Of a stretch of DNA of 64,000 bases, positions 12,148 through 25,800 are shown piece after piece. Numbering within the stretch: position 1 is the stretch's first letter; each line of letters starts with the position of its first letter. This DNA is from Chara braunii (taxonomy: Eukaryota; Plantae; Charophyceae). The translations under genes and the position numbers were made by a program. Under the pieces are notes generated by a model. The model worked only from the letters and a program-made list of their open reading frames with translations. It did not search any database and had not been told where the DNA came from. Location of the stretch: positions 5,027,040 through 5,091,039 of the forward strand of contig BFEA01000032.1 of NCBI GenBank assembly GCA_003427395.1. The letters are read 5' to 3'.

Positions 12148-14134
12148 TCATTCCCCTTTACTTCCTCTAAAAGGACAAGAACTGAGGACTAAAATTTAAT
12201 TCCTCAGTGTATTCGACTACGTTGAAGTTTGTAATTATAGCTGGGAAAAATAAATTCATTATTGAAAGACAGAAACACGGGATGTCCGGAGTTGGGCGTG
12301 ACGAAGGTGAGACACGTAAGTAAAAGGGGATACTCAGCGACTCAGTGGAAAGTTGTCCGAAAATTGAAGGGAAATGAGAAAGAGAGGAATTGGAGCTCAC
12401 TCGCGCTCAACTGGGAAAAGGGCCATGCTCGACCGTGAGTGCACGACTCCAACGGAGAGAAGCGAGAAGGCCACTATCAAGGGAGGATCTGAATATGTCA
12501 ACGCTCGAGCGACGCTTGCGGGGCCACGGTCAACTGGGTGAGATTTATGAAGTGAACGAGCATTGGGCCTTAAAGGGGTGTTGGATTATCAGATTTGAAG
12601 GAGCACAAATTTGAGCGAGATGAAAGTGACGATGAATCGGGCGGCCCGAACGGCACCAGGTTGGGGGTAGCTTCGGTACCAAGCCTTTGCGAATTCCTGA
12701 CAGCACCGCCTGCTTCGTGACACTCGCACCTGTTCGGTCGGCGAAGCAGGCCCGGGTATTGGACCGGGAATAACCACAGTACCGGGGCGTTGCAAGCCTC
12801 CCGACGCCGCGACAACATGACCACGATCCTTTGTGGCACTTGGGTCCTCTCGGAGGCTATTGTCGTGGGCCCAGAAAAGTATTTAAGCTGAACTAGGCCT
12901 CCTTTCCAATCATCCCAGGAGTACCGGAGAGACTGGCACACGGGAGTGCGCTGGTTCCTAGGCGCACCAGTCCCCGATCTCAGGGCATTCAGAACGCCCT
13001 TGTCGCGGACTTATGTGCCAGCGAACAGGTACGTCATGCGTCGAGGGGGCACGACCTATGCACACACGGGAGAGCCAGTGGGGCGGCTAATTAAGCATCC
13101 CAGACATACTAGAGGAGCTGGCACGACCGATGTTTAGTTCTCTCAATTACCAGTTGCTCCCTGCCTACGGGCAGGCTAAGTGCACGTTGTCGGAGGGTGC
13201 GGTGTCCCGGTGTCAGGCGGCCACAAGCAGTGCGCCGCCTGAAATCTGTGGCTTTGGGTCTTAGGCTAAAAGACAAGTCCGCGTTTTAACGGTACTCCGG
13301 GTTGACCAGGCAGCAAAAATTAGGGGAGCTCAGGGTACCCCTGATTTTGGGCGCACTGGACCTTACGAGTAACCCTCAAAGACGGCGAGATGAGTGGCCG
13401 CACTAGGCGCATCTAGGGACCGCCATTTTCGGCCGTTCAGAGGGTTAGACCCGCATTGGCCTGCCGCGGAGGAGCATCGAGGGAACTGACCTCGCCGCAA
13501 CGTTTTTGCAGCATACGACCGGGGCTGAAATGAGGCATCAAATTTTTGACTATTTTAGTACCATAATTAAAGATGGGGAAAAGGGATTAAGACCAGTAGG
13601 GGAGAAGGGAAAAACATAATATCCCTTAATTTCTTTATTTTTCACGGCATTTAATTCTAGGGTTAATACCCTTGTTATTTTATGTTCCCGGCAATGAAAT
13701 TAAAAACATAGAAAAAGATTAAAAATGGTAAAAGAGAAAAGAAACAAAAGGAATTCAGTCATTTATTTAGACTTTCTCAGAATTTAATTTTGGGGAATTT
13801 ACGGTTAATTTACTATTTTCTACAATACAGTTAAGGAAAAGGAAGAATGATTAAAAACGATGAAAGGTACGCGAACCCATGACTAATTTCGCCTCGATTA
13901 CCCGCCATCAGCTCTGACCCCGGATTGATCGTTTCTCTGGATTCTATCATTTTTCACTACTGCCGAAGATTGAGATTCCCTGCGCCGCTTTCCCTGGTTT
14001 GCTTGATTACTAACTTCGCCGCAATTGGGATGTTCTGAGAGCGGGAGCCGCATGGACAGCATGGAGGGGTGCTACCTTGGGTCGACGATGGTATTTGACT
14101 CGGTACGGATACATGGTTCAGAGAGGTTCGATAT

Positions 14135-14880
14135 TGTTACAGAATGGCTACGCCCTACGGTATCCGACATGCATCAGGATCGGTATGGGGTCGGCGTCGC
14201 CTTGTTTCGGGATTGAGGGCCACTACGGTGACCTACTTTCAGGTTTGCGACTACGACGGTGGCTTATTTTCTGGTTCGGGGACATCGGCATGACTTAATC
14301 CGGTTCGGAGCAACCTCAACGGGTTATATCGGGTTCAAGGACTCTATGGCGATTTATCGACAGGTCCGGATCACTATGGCAGTCTGTTACAGGTTCGGCA
14401 CCGTCACGACGGGTAACTTAAGGGGCCAAGGCGGTTTATTGCTGATTTGGTACCGGCTCAGCGATTATTCTCAGGCCCGGAATTATCCAGCGTCGACATT
14501 TATCAGGATCGACAGGCCACGTGCAAATTGCTTCAGGTTCGGCGAGAGGTTTGGTGATATCCCGATATACCTATGCCCGAAGGTGTCCAACGAGGGTAGG
14601 TACATCCAGTGTTGGGGACGATTAATCCAGGATCAGAGCCATCACCGTGGTTCATTTCCAGGAACGGAACCGACCCGGCTGTTCGTTGCACGAGCGGCGG
14701 CGGCGCGGGTAGTTCTTTTCAAGATTGGCATGACCCCTACATTGGCACAATTTTTCAGGATTGGTACTCGGCATCCGTGGTTACACTTTACGACCGTGTT
14801 TGTGCTGGCACGTTTTCTTTTGCTGCTTGATACAGTGGACAGCATTAATCGGGACTGGGATCACCATACCCGGGTACTAA
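14135..14880 (+). repeat. Highly diverged tandem array with about 31-bp period
   Basis: Core (T/A)TC(A/G)GG(A/T)T(C/T)G at about 14172, 14205, 14237, 14268, 14298, 14328, 14359, 14387, 14469, 14500, 14531, 14624, 14655, 14716 and 14751. Confidence 0.7.
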
Positions 14881-17800
14881 GCTCCGCGGTACCGGGTCTC
14901 CAAGGCACTGGTACCTGCAGTACGAGTCTCTATTTGCCGTGAACTGCCAGGAGGCCGCGAGTGACCTGCACCAGCAAGCTCGTTGAGAAGGAGAGCAGTT
15001 GGGCAGAAGGGATATAGGGAAGGCCCTCAGAGGTGCAAGGGATCGCATGCCAGGTGTGCCCGGCGTCAAGCTGTTGCGGAGTGCAAGCAAGCTTGGAGTG
15101 GAGGCATTGGCGCTCAGACGGTTACACCGTGAGTGAGGGGAGAGAGTGGGACGCGTGCATTGTGTGCCCAGCCCACTTTGGCATTCCGAGGCGGGGTGTG
15201 ATTAGTCGGATGACTTCTAAGCCTGGGCGCTGAGCGGCAGGAAGAGGAAGTCAGGGGAGAGTATTCAGGGAGGAGTGCAAGGCGTGCCCCGCACAAGTAT
15301 ACACCGCGGAAGGGATAGAGTTGCGACCGCGAGGGCATGGAAGCAGCCAGTGGTAACTGAGTGAGTTTCGAAAGTTGAGAGAGAGATGTCATGTAAAGGA
15401 GGGCATTCGTGGTCCCCCCCCCCGCGGATGAATCCACAGCGTGTTTCGGTCGTAATAGGGGGGGGAACAGTGTGTGTCAGGCGTTCCCAGAGGCTGCTTA
15501 GTTGACTTTCTCGCTTGCTCGCAGAACGAATGGAGAGAGCACACAGACGCAAGGGTGAGACTGCTCAGATGCAGGAGAGAGTCGACACAGGCGAAAGAGA
15601 GAGAGTTCAGACGGAGGGGCTTCCATTTGGAGTTCAAGCGCAGGCAACGCTGTCGAGCGCATCGGTCCCGCACGGGGACCCTCCCGGCCGCGTCGCGCAG
15701 GATTATGCAGGACTTATTGCGGAGAGCGTTTGCCGCTCCGGCCGAGTGCGCCAGCCGTACCTCTCGTGATTCCCTACGACAGGACAGAGTCACGCGAGGC
15801 ACCGCTACCTCCACCTGCGGGAGCTGTCACCATCCCTTAGGTAGGCGTATCCCTGCCGAGCTACTGAACCACATGCGAAAGCTTTTCGTATGCAATTGCA
15901 GAGGTGGCCCAGCCGAGGACGTTTCTCGCTCGCTGTAGCATAGGGGGTACGCACGGTCGAACGCCCGAAAATCGAACCCGTACGCGAATCGCCGTATTGG
16001 GGGGTTGAAGTCCCAAACGCCACTCGACGTCGGTCGACTAGGACGCACTACACACCCACGCGTTACACCACAACACTTGCACTTACTCACCCATAACACC
16101 TGGAGCCCCACGCGAAACAAACACCACAAACAACGCCACAACACAACAACTCCTAGTCCCTTCAGTATCTGACCCATAACTATATACGGCAAGACTCAGA
16201 TAGGTACCGCGCGCTGAACTTCCATATAAGAGGCGCGCAAGTGCATGGCCCCCTCATATCGATCATGTGGGCACATGCAAGCATTTGCGCTGATGGGGTA
16301 CTAAATGGAACTCGTGGCCTCGCGGCCCTTGGTATTCTGGAGGGTCACGTTCGACACTCAAGTGTCGGCTGACAGGCGCTTTGAGGGGTAATCTCTCGAC
16401 GCCAGACAACTGCCATGTGCGGTTGAAGACCACACCCTCTTCTGCACCCTTTGCAAAGGGGTTGAGTAGACAACTTTAGGGCTGTCGTGGTAGCCGAAAT
16501 CAAGGGGTTTGACTTTGACGGCTACCACGAACTACAATGTCCAACCATGAAAGTTCAAAAGAGAAACCTATTCCAACTCGCACTGGTCTAGTGGCCTCCT
16601 AAAATGGGAGGGGTAGGCCGACCCAAACGACGCGCGCGCGGAGGAGGCCCAAAGTCCTACCCGTAGGCTATCTAATGTCCGGGGTAGTGAGGCCCGTACA
16701 CGGGCTCCCATAGGTCGACTGGGACTGGTCCTTCGCTCATGTGTCACTTCGCGTTACCACAAACCCGAGTCTATTGACCGTAGCGCGCTCTTGGCCTCGC
16801 CGCCTGACCAATAACTTTTAGTACGAGGATCGGCGAGTGCTGCGCGCAAGGACTTAGGATAAGATCGTGCGGACGCAGTACCCACACATACCAACTCACC
16901 ATGCAGCTCTACGTGAGTATTTGCGATGACGGCGCATTACGTGGTGTCCATACCCAAGTGACCTATTCTGAGCCATGGGGTTATTTCCGACGCTCAGGCG
17001 TTGGCTGAAACGTGCGCTAGGGGGAGGTAATCCTCTAGCGGGCGCAAACCCGCCTGAGGGCCTTTCCGTCTTCTGCACCCTGAGGTGTCCCAAGGGGTGC
17101 AGAGCGAGACGGCCCCTAGGGTAGGAAGGAATTTGGAGCGGTGGTGAGTTGTCTGGCGCATCACCAGCCACACGCTAGTCCTTCCGCCTGGAACTTTTAA
17201 CGTTCCATAAACTAAAGTTAGACAAAGATACAGAAAAGATCGGCATGCGGTCAGACAACCAAGTGAGGGCTGTGCGAGCGAGAGCCCAACCACAAAATAT
17301 AAATAACGGGAAATATCCTTAGTCAAGCAAAGAGTTATGTGATAGTACACTCTCACAATAACTACGTGGCTTGCCCGCCTGAACTCAAAACAACCAAAAC
17401 ATCATACTTCATTAACATGCTTCACACATACCTGTGACCACACACAAGGATCAAACAACAGCACATACACTAAAGGGGTCAACTTTTCAGCCTTCTGCAG
17501 CTCACACCCTGCCTTGTACACAAGCCCAACCTTTTCCCCACCATTCCACAACAAAGATACTCGGCCTTTAAGAAATGGCTATTTATAAAGAATCTGGGTG
17601 AAAACCCAACAAAACGAAGAACCAGCCAGGGCCAAGGCCTTAGGTTGAGAACCAGAAAAGGATGAAAGGTTGAGTCGTATACCGACGGATCGGAAAAAAA
17701 AACCTGTTATCAGTGATAACAGAAGAATAGTCAGGCTGACCAAGTCGGACCTTCAATCAATACGCACGGCCTGCACCACAACACAGGTCAAAGAGATTCC

Positions 17801-18469
17801 ACTACAGCGTTTAGCCTAAGTAGGGAGTAATCCACCTAAGTCACATCCTAACTCCTCTACTAAGCTCCTACTCAGTTTCTGAAAGGTTCAGTAACACCTC
17901 CCCTACTCAGGGTTGAGTTGCTAAGATTGGTCTAACTGAAAATATTCTGACTCTGGAAATTTCTCAAAATTTCGACAGCACTTCCTGCAGGAAAAGTGCC
18001 TTTTCAAAATTTATAGGAACCTGAATATGACTAACTCTTTTCAGTTTTGCAGAAAGTTCGGCAGCGCTTCCCGTAGGAAAAGTAGGCTGCCAAGATTTAT
18101 ACAAAGCTGAAAGTCAAAGTGCAAAGCAAAACTATACTTGGGGCTAACTCCTGATCCCTGCTTGACAACTTAGGCTCAATATTGGTCCACATGCCCTCTG
18201 AATGAGGCCATGAGCCAACGCTGATCCCAACCCCAAGCAGAGTCAGTCCTATCTCATCCCAAGCTTCCCTCCCATCATTCATCTTACCTACCTATGGCTC
18301 CAGCACTCGGCGAGCATCTACAACAACTACTCTATCAAAAGATGTCCCAAGTGAGAGCCCACGAGCATGCAAGACCAAAAATCTCTCACAATCCCATATG
18401 GTTCTTTTCCAGACCACATAGTTCGTTCAAAAACCCTCGTTATTCCCTTTTTACCCTTCCTGACATAAG

Positions 18470-20240
18470 ACATAGGGTCAGCCAACCCAACTTATGGATG
18501 TGACTGACCTGCCAGTTTATATGACTAGGCCACACCAACTTATGGTGCCCTAGCCTGGTAACACATATACGTACGCATAAGACCAAACCACACCAACTTA
18601 TGGTGTGACCAGCTTCTGCAAAACAATTGACATAAGGCGTATGATCGGGCCGCACCAACTTATGGTGAGGCTGGTCAACCTGAACGTTCGGCGTACACAT
18701 AGAACTGAACCTCCTCAACTTATGAGGGGCCAGCCTCTGCCAAAACAACAACAAAAGACATATGACCAAACACAACTTATGTTGTGTTCGGCCAGCCCAC
18801 ACGGATACATACGGCGTAGAGTCAGGCTACCCAACTTATGAGTAGTCCAGCCCAGCCTAGACATAATCACATGCGTGAAGAACTGAACAGCCCGCAACTT
18901 ATGCGTTCGCCCAGCCTTCGCAATACAACCATGTTCAACTTATAGACATAAGGCATAAAACTTACCACAACAACTTATGTTGTGATAAGCCTCTGTCTGA
19001 ACAAAATGACATAAGGCGTATAACCAGGGCGCACCAACTTATGGTGAGACCTGATCAACCTAACTCTCGGCATATACGAAAAACTGAACCACCTCAACTT
19101 ATGAGGAGCCCAACCTTTGCCTGGACAAACGAGGAAAGGCATATGACCAGACACAACAACTCATGTTGTGTCTGACCAGCCCATACAGTGACATATAGCA
19201 TAAGACTAGGCTACTCAACTTATGAGTAGTCTAGCCCCGCCCAAACAACAACAAGCGCGTATGATCGAACAACCCGCAACTTATGCGTTCGCCCGGCCTC
19301 CGCAACACAACTACATCCAATAGATAAGTTTCACAATCAGATTTTGTCTTCAGACGAGTGGCCAGGTCATCTCAACTTATGAGGATCCCTACCCAAACGT
19401 CAGATATGTTTAGAAAAGGGAAATAGCCAGACTTTATATATCTCTCTGCTTCCGTGTTATCAAGGACATAGGACCAACTACTCAACTTATGGGTGAGTCG
19501 GCCTGCCCACAGTTACCACAACATTTTGTATTGTTCATCTTCTTTCCCTCTGCTTTGTCTGCTACCGGCTTATATGGCTGGATCTCCCAACTCATGGCGT
19601 CCAGCCTGCCATGAATATACATAATAAATATGTATCACTTTGTATACTCTGATTCTCTTAGTGATGGCGGCTCATGACTTGACCACACCAACTTATGGTN
19701 NNNNNNNNNNNNNNNNNNNNNNNNNNNNNNNNNNNNNNNNNNNNNNNNNNNNNNNNNNNNNNNNNNNNNNNNNNNNNNNNNNNNNNNNNNNNNNNNNNNN
19801 NNNNNNNNNNNNNNNNNNNNNNNNNNNNNNNNNNNNNNNNNNNNNNNNNNNNNNNNNNNNNNNNNNNNNNNNNNNNNNNNNNNNGCATAAGACTGATTCA
19901 CACCAACTTATGGTGTGGTCAGCCTCAGCCTAAACAATCGACATAAGGCGTATGACCAGACCTCACCAACTCATGGTGAGACTCGTCAGCCTAAACTTTC
20001 GGCATACACATAGGTTGAGCCTCCTCAACTTATGAGGAGTCCAGCCTCTGCCTAAACAAACTACGAAAGGCATATGACCAAACACAACAACTTATGTTGT
20101 GCCTGACCAACCTATACAGTCACATACAGCACAGAACTAGGCTACCCAACTTATGGGTAGCCTAGCCTGCCTAATAACAAATAAAACAAGTGCGAAAGAT
20201 TGAACACCCCGCAACTTATGCGTTCGCCCAGCCTCCGCCA
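18470..20240. repeat. Array of at least 24 stem-loops with conserved C-AACTTAT-G loop; 6-unit higher-order repeat of about 380 bp
   Basis: Examples: CACACC-AACTTAT-GGTGTG, CTCCTC-AACTTAT-GAGGAG, ACAAC-AACTTAT-GTTGT, GGCTACCC-AACTTAT-GGGTAGCC, CGC-AACTTAT-GCG, spaced about 60 bp apart. Confidence 0.92.
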
Positions 20241-22832
20241 CATAATCACAGCTCTTGTGTTGTCTGAGTTCACTCCAATAATCAGATTTACATCAATACA
20301 TAGTTGTTAATTTACTCTGCAAGGCAATGTCCTGAACTTAAACAAGCAAATCAATCAGATATCCTTTCCAGTCATACCTACAGTCAGGCCAATAGCAATA
20401 GGATAATATAGTTTAGTGATAGGATCACACGCGTAAATCGAGGGTTATACCTGAGTGTTCCCTGCCTCCAGAACCCCGCATGGGTCCCGGCAGAGCTCCC
20501 GCAATCGGTGGGGCAACCTCCCACAGAGGCCTTGGCGCGGACCTACGGGTTGCAATCCCGCCTGGCGCCTTCCCCTCGTAACCAATAGATTAGACTGAGA
20601 CTGAGAAGGACAGCAAAAGAAAGTTTAAACGCTCAGATCCAAGAGGGGTGTTCTCAGACTCGCAGGAGAGGGCCTTGAAGTCTTGATTCGCCTGAGGGCC
20701 CCGCAATGATGGCCAGTAAAGACGCAGCAACAAACAACCCCAACCTCGGTCGGATACAGCATGCACAGTCCACAACTGCAGTCTCCCGAAGGTAATGATA
20801 CAGTCACCGTAGTAGCAGTGTTTGATGTGCACAGCAGCAGTCCACAGTGGGGGAACGCGTCCTACCCAGCAATAGTGCCTTTCGCAGTAACAGCCCCCCC
20901 CTCCTTTGCGTAGTGGCTATTTGATTCAATGGCCGCGGTAGTTGCGGTAACAGTCAAAAGGGCTGCTGTAGTGGCAGATGAGAACCCCACACAGCTAGCT
21001 GTGTAGCCGTGCTACAGCCGTGATCTGCTCAACGTTTGCGGCCCTTGACAGTAGCAGCAATATGCTATACACGTAGTAAGGCAATGCACCAACAACCACA
21101 GCCACCAGCCTCGTTTAGACGCCGCACTAGTTTATGAGAAACAACAACCTTTCCATTGGTGTCCCGACCTGAAACAGAGGCGCCCAATCGTAACACCACT
21201 CAGCCGACTGCGTAGTGCAGCGCACAACCGCGTGTACTGCGTTTGTGCCCAGCGGACCCCACCGTCGGCTCATCAATCCTTCATACTGCGCCAGGCGCCC
21301 CAGCCAGATATATGGAAGGCATGGCAAAAACGTCGTGCTGCACCCCTGCTGTACCGGACAGGCCCAGTGGGGGTGCCTCGACAATGTGACTGTATCCAGT
21401 GGTCCACAGTCGGCACAGCAAGAACACCGTACACAGCAGCCCAACCGTGCCCTGCCAATAGTAGTAGTAACACTAGTCTGTCCGTAATAAGGGCCCTAGT
21501 AGTTGGCCACCGTCTACAGTTCTGCCGCCGCAAGCCACAAAGAGAGTTGCAGCCCGCTGAAAGAGTTCCAGCTACAACCAAGGATCTCCCAATCCCCTCC
21601 TTCGCTGTGTGAGCACTGATAGTTCCCGAGTCTGAGCAAACGGCCCCTATAACACCTTGGCTTCTTCATCAATAGGTAGCAGCGCCTGCCTGACACCAAC
21701 GGAGCAGCCACCCTGATGGGTTGTACTCAGCAACGGCCCTGATTACACAGCAGCCTCCAGCTTAGTCTTCACCAGCGGGAAGGTCTGTTAACTATCGAAA
21801 TATGACTAGGTAAGCCTTTCGCACCGCAATCCTCATAAGTTCGCCGCCGCTGACCACAAGAACAGTATCGTAGTTCTTAGCAGACTACTCGCAGCACACT
21901 GATAGCCCACACATTCCTGGGTAACACAGCCATAGTGCATGTGACGGGAGCCCGAAAACAGGGTCCTGCCAGAACATGGCACCAAAAAATTTGTACCGGT
22001 TTGATACCACGAGAGGCTGCGAGGAAGCACTGACTGAACCCCAACTGCCTCCCGAAGCAGCAGCGACAGCCCCTTTCGTAGATGCCTGACCACCTCTCCG
22101 CACCTATGTCCAAGCTGCTGCCACTCAGTCCGAAAAGACTCTGTTAAAATAGAACACACCCCGGGTTCTACTCGATACATAAGCAGTGAACGCCGTAAAA
22201 TACAGCAGGACCTGAATAGTATACAACAACCTCAGGACAACACCGCAACCACCAGCATATCCAATCGGTGCAGTACCAATCTAGCCTCCAGGGAACAGCA
22301 GGTATCAGATCCCAACACTAGTCTCACTCGCTCTGTAGCAATCACCCCCTGTACGGAGAAGAACTAGCGGTTCTCATGGTAACTGCAGGTGCCAGAAAGG
22401 AGTTCGTGGAACCTCACTGGCAGTACCGCTGCTACGTGGCGTGGCCACACTTTAAACTACTTGTAACTAGGGGAGTACCTCCCCTCCCCTCCTTCTTTCT
22501 GCCCCCTTTCCTTTCCTGGGCGCGTGCAGATCGGGGCCTAGTCAACAGGCCTTCACCAATTGCTGTCCGCCGATCCTAACAGGCGAAGGTGATAGTCGAG
22601 TTAAGCTTCGTCGTCCAACCCGATATTCAAAAAAAAAAAAAATAGAAGATGGATTTTTCCGCTAGGGCACGGAAAGGCACGCTTCCACAGACTTGCCCGC
22701 CTTGCTGAACAGAGTGAGGATGAACCTCCCACCCGAATCACGGGAAGGTACATGCCCGCACTCCTAGGCGCAGCAAAAAAAACGGCCAGGTAAGCAGCCC
22801 TCTCCCCACCCCTGGCCACCGCGCTGATTCTT

Positions 22833-22846
22833 GGATAGGAGCGCCA
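22833..22846 (-). other. Primer-binding site (non-Met tRNA)
   Basis: TGGCGCTCCTATCC begins 3 nt after the LTR-terminal CA on the minus strand. TGG pairs with the tRNA CCA end. The tRNA is not identified; Asn is possible. Confidence 0.6.
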
Positions 22847-22849
22847 AAA

Positions 22850-25800
22850 TGTAAGTGGCGGGCTAAAGAGAACTGTCAGAACAGAAATGTGAACCTGCCA
22901 CTAGAAGGTGGCCAGGTGCTTTGCCGAATCCCCCGCCTGATTGATACGTAGCCTGTCACCCCACTTAACTCTCAGTACACCCTGCATCTTCATCCTTCAG
23001 AGGTAAGTCGCTCTCTCTCCCCCTCTCCTCTTGGTGCCCCTACTCCAAACAAAGCAAAGTGTCGAACACTTGGCAACGCTCACTGTGAGCCTAATTAGCG
23101 GCGGGGATGAGCCATGTCAGGGGCCACCCTCAATAATCCCCGCACTTCCCCTCCTCCGCTCCGCCATACAGACAGTCATGCTCGAGGGGCAAGACACACT
23201 TGGCCAACCGAACAGGCCCAGACAGATCGGAGGTGGAGGCGACTACGGCACGGTCACTTGAGTTCACCTGCACACCGACCACCACTACCAGCGTGGCTAT
23301 GCTGATTGCTCATTGCGACCACGGCCGGTGCGAGGAGCTCGAAGAACAGTAGGCAGGAGCGAACTCCCACTTGAAGATAGCCAAGACGAACTGTGGTCAG
23401 AATCTGATTTTGCCCGCGCGCAGCACCTCACCACTGCAACGCGCAAACCAGCCACTTACTGCGAAATCTGACTCCACCAGTCAATTCGCCATGCCCAAAA
23501 ACGTTGGGAATGAGTCTTCAATCGCCTGTTTTAGTGAAGGACTGAGTGAGCTACGCCACTTTTACTCTTTCTTCTCCCTCCTCCTTCAAACGCACCTGGC
23601 GCGTAGCTGCGTCCAGGTTCGTCCGGCCTCTATGGTTATTTCTGATGCCTCCTTTCCCGCTGTGTCGCAGCCTTCAGCGCTATCTCCCTCTCTTCCTCTC
23701 CTCACCACCCTCTCCATCTCCCTCATCAACTCCCTGTCACTCCGCTTCTCCTTCAGCTCTTTCCCACATGCTCGATTCTCTGTCTATTCAACATCGGCAT
23801 CTTCCGAGGTAAGCATTCTCTCTCTTTCTCTCTCTCTCTCTCCCTTACTCACAGTCCATCACCCTGAAGGAGACTACCGTGACCTTCTAAAGGAGAGGAA
23901 GGTTTTCGCGTAGCAGAAAAAAGCCACGAACAGCATGGTTGTGATCACCCCGCCGAATACTATGGCACCGCTGAGCACCGCTCAGACCAAGAGATCAATC
24001 ATCAGAATAGCCATCAACAAATGTGTGAAGATCAGCGCAACTGTGACGAATCATCAAGAACAGTATTATGACAAGGATCACACCAATGAGCCCGAGATTC
24101 ATCACTCCACTATCTACAACAATAACAGAAAAAAATATTAAACTTGGGAATGTATCTCCTACTCAAATATGGGAAGATACACTGCCATTCTCCTGGGCGC
24201 AGCCCAAAACCACCGTATCTCGAAGACCACTGCCCCAGCCTGAAAACTAACTATGCCATCACGTTCGCCATGGCCAAAAACCCCAGATTAGCCCCTTCCC
24301 ACACTCGATTCCATCAAGAATCGAGCGGGATATCTGCTTTTTACTCCTGCCATATCTTCGTTCCCCGAGCTCCGCGCAGCTATTTTCTTTCACTCACCTT
24401 CTTTCCGCTACTCCAACAGCAAGACTAACCTCACTAATGAATTCGCCCTGGCCCAAACCCTCTAGTTAGAGCCTCATCTCACTAGCTCCCGGTATCAGTT
24501 GAGTGCGGCATGTGTGTGCCACTCCCACATGCCCTGGTCACTTCCGCCATCATCTTTTGCCTCTAATGTTGAATGCACCTGGCACAGACCTGCGGCCCGG
24601 GTCATTCGACCTTCAACTCACTCTTCTCTTCTTCTCGTCCCTCTTATTTCCTCCTTATCTTCACCTCGTCCTCTTCTTCATCTCCTCCTCTCACGGAGGC
24701 TTTCTCCCTTAGACAGCAGGTGACTACCGGCAGGATCAATCGTGATGACGGGCGACAGGAAAAAGTGAAGCGTCCAGTCTCACTGCAACATACTGAAAGT
24801 ACTTCATCGGTTCCTGCCTTTTTTTTATGTGGAAAATAACTACTAGGCCCGACTAATAATCTGCAGCTGTACTGCTCGAAGTTCCAGCCCCACATTCGCA
24901 GCCTGCTGGCCAGGCTTGGCCTACTACGCCTTTTGTGTCCTACGGGGTATACTCAGATTCGAGCCCCACATAGCAGGTCGTGCTAGGCAGATGGGACTGC
25001 AGTTTGAACCCTACCTCAGCTCCAGCTGCCCCGCGGGAAATTTCAGAGGGAAATTAGCAGGTGAGTGGCCCGAATAGTCCTCCTCCCTATAATCCAGCCC
25101 GTAGGGCCTCTTGCAGGCCAGTATTACTGCGGGTCTTACCGCAGTACCCATGACCTCTTTTCCGCTCATGCCTTGACTACCAGCTGTCGGGACAGCCTGC
25201 CGCACCGCAAGCACTGCGNCAGCCTCTCACCGGTGCACTTTGTTGGACTGTGCCCACGACACAGTTCACCATCTTTCGGACTCCTAGGGGTCGCACTGCC
25301 GTCCCCTTTTTTAGATGGGACAAAAAGCCCTGCCCGTCTGCAGAAATAGCAATTGACACATGCTGGTCAAATGGCGCTGCGCAAGAACTCTTCATAAAAA
25401 AAAAATTATAATAATAATAAAAAATAAAAATAAAAAAGACATTTGCGGTAACCTTCCGGTCTCTATTTTCGGTATTTTGTAAGTGCACTAGCTGCACCAG
25501 GCTACTGGTTGCCCCAAACCCAGTCCCGGCACCTACCCCTAGGCAATTTAGCAATATTTGGTTTTACTCTTCGAGTTTCATCATCCGGATCAGAACTCGG
25601 GCCTGTGTTTCAACAGTCCAATGGTGTATCCACTGGGCTATTCCTACTGGTTTACGGCCAGTCCTGAGACCGGACTGCGTCCCATAGTGGGATTTAAAAC
25701 TAAACATAAAAAAAAAAAAAACAAAACAATAAATAAAACTCAGAAAATCTAAAAGAAACCGGAGTAGGAAAGGGGGACCGCTGATTCTTGGTCCACGACC

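Larger units (their letters stand above)
12151..22849 (-). mobile_element. Internal region of a large non-autonomous (LARD-like) LTR retroelement
   Basis: Minus-strand LTR end (...CCACTTACA) followed by a PBS-like TGGCGCTCCTATCC at 22846-22833. PPT-like AGAGGAAGTAAAAGGGGAA on the minus strand near 12151-12168. No recognisable gag/pol; contains repeat arrays. Confidence 0.55.

Noticed and set aside
14135-14880. CRISPR-like repeat-spacer array
   Set aside because: The core is too short and degenerate, the context is a eukaryotic transposon, and there are no cas genes.
18470-20240. CRISPR array, integron attC array or hammerhead ribozyme interpretation of the hairpin array
   Set aside because: The constant part is only 9 nt and the spacers recur as a higher-order repeat. 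There is no cas or integrase gene. One CTGACGA occurs on the minus strand, but no GAAA core follows.
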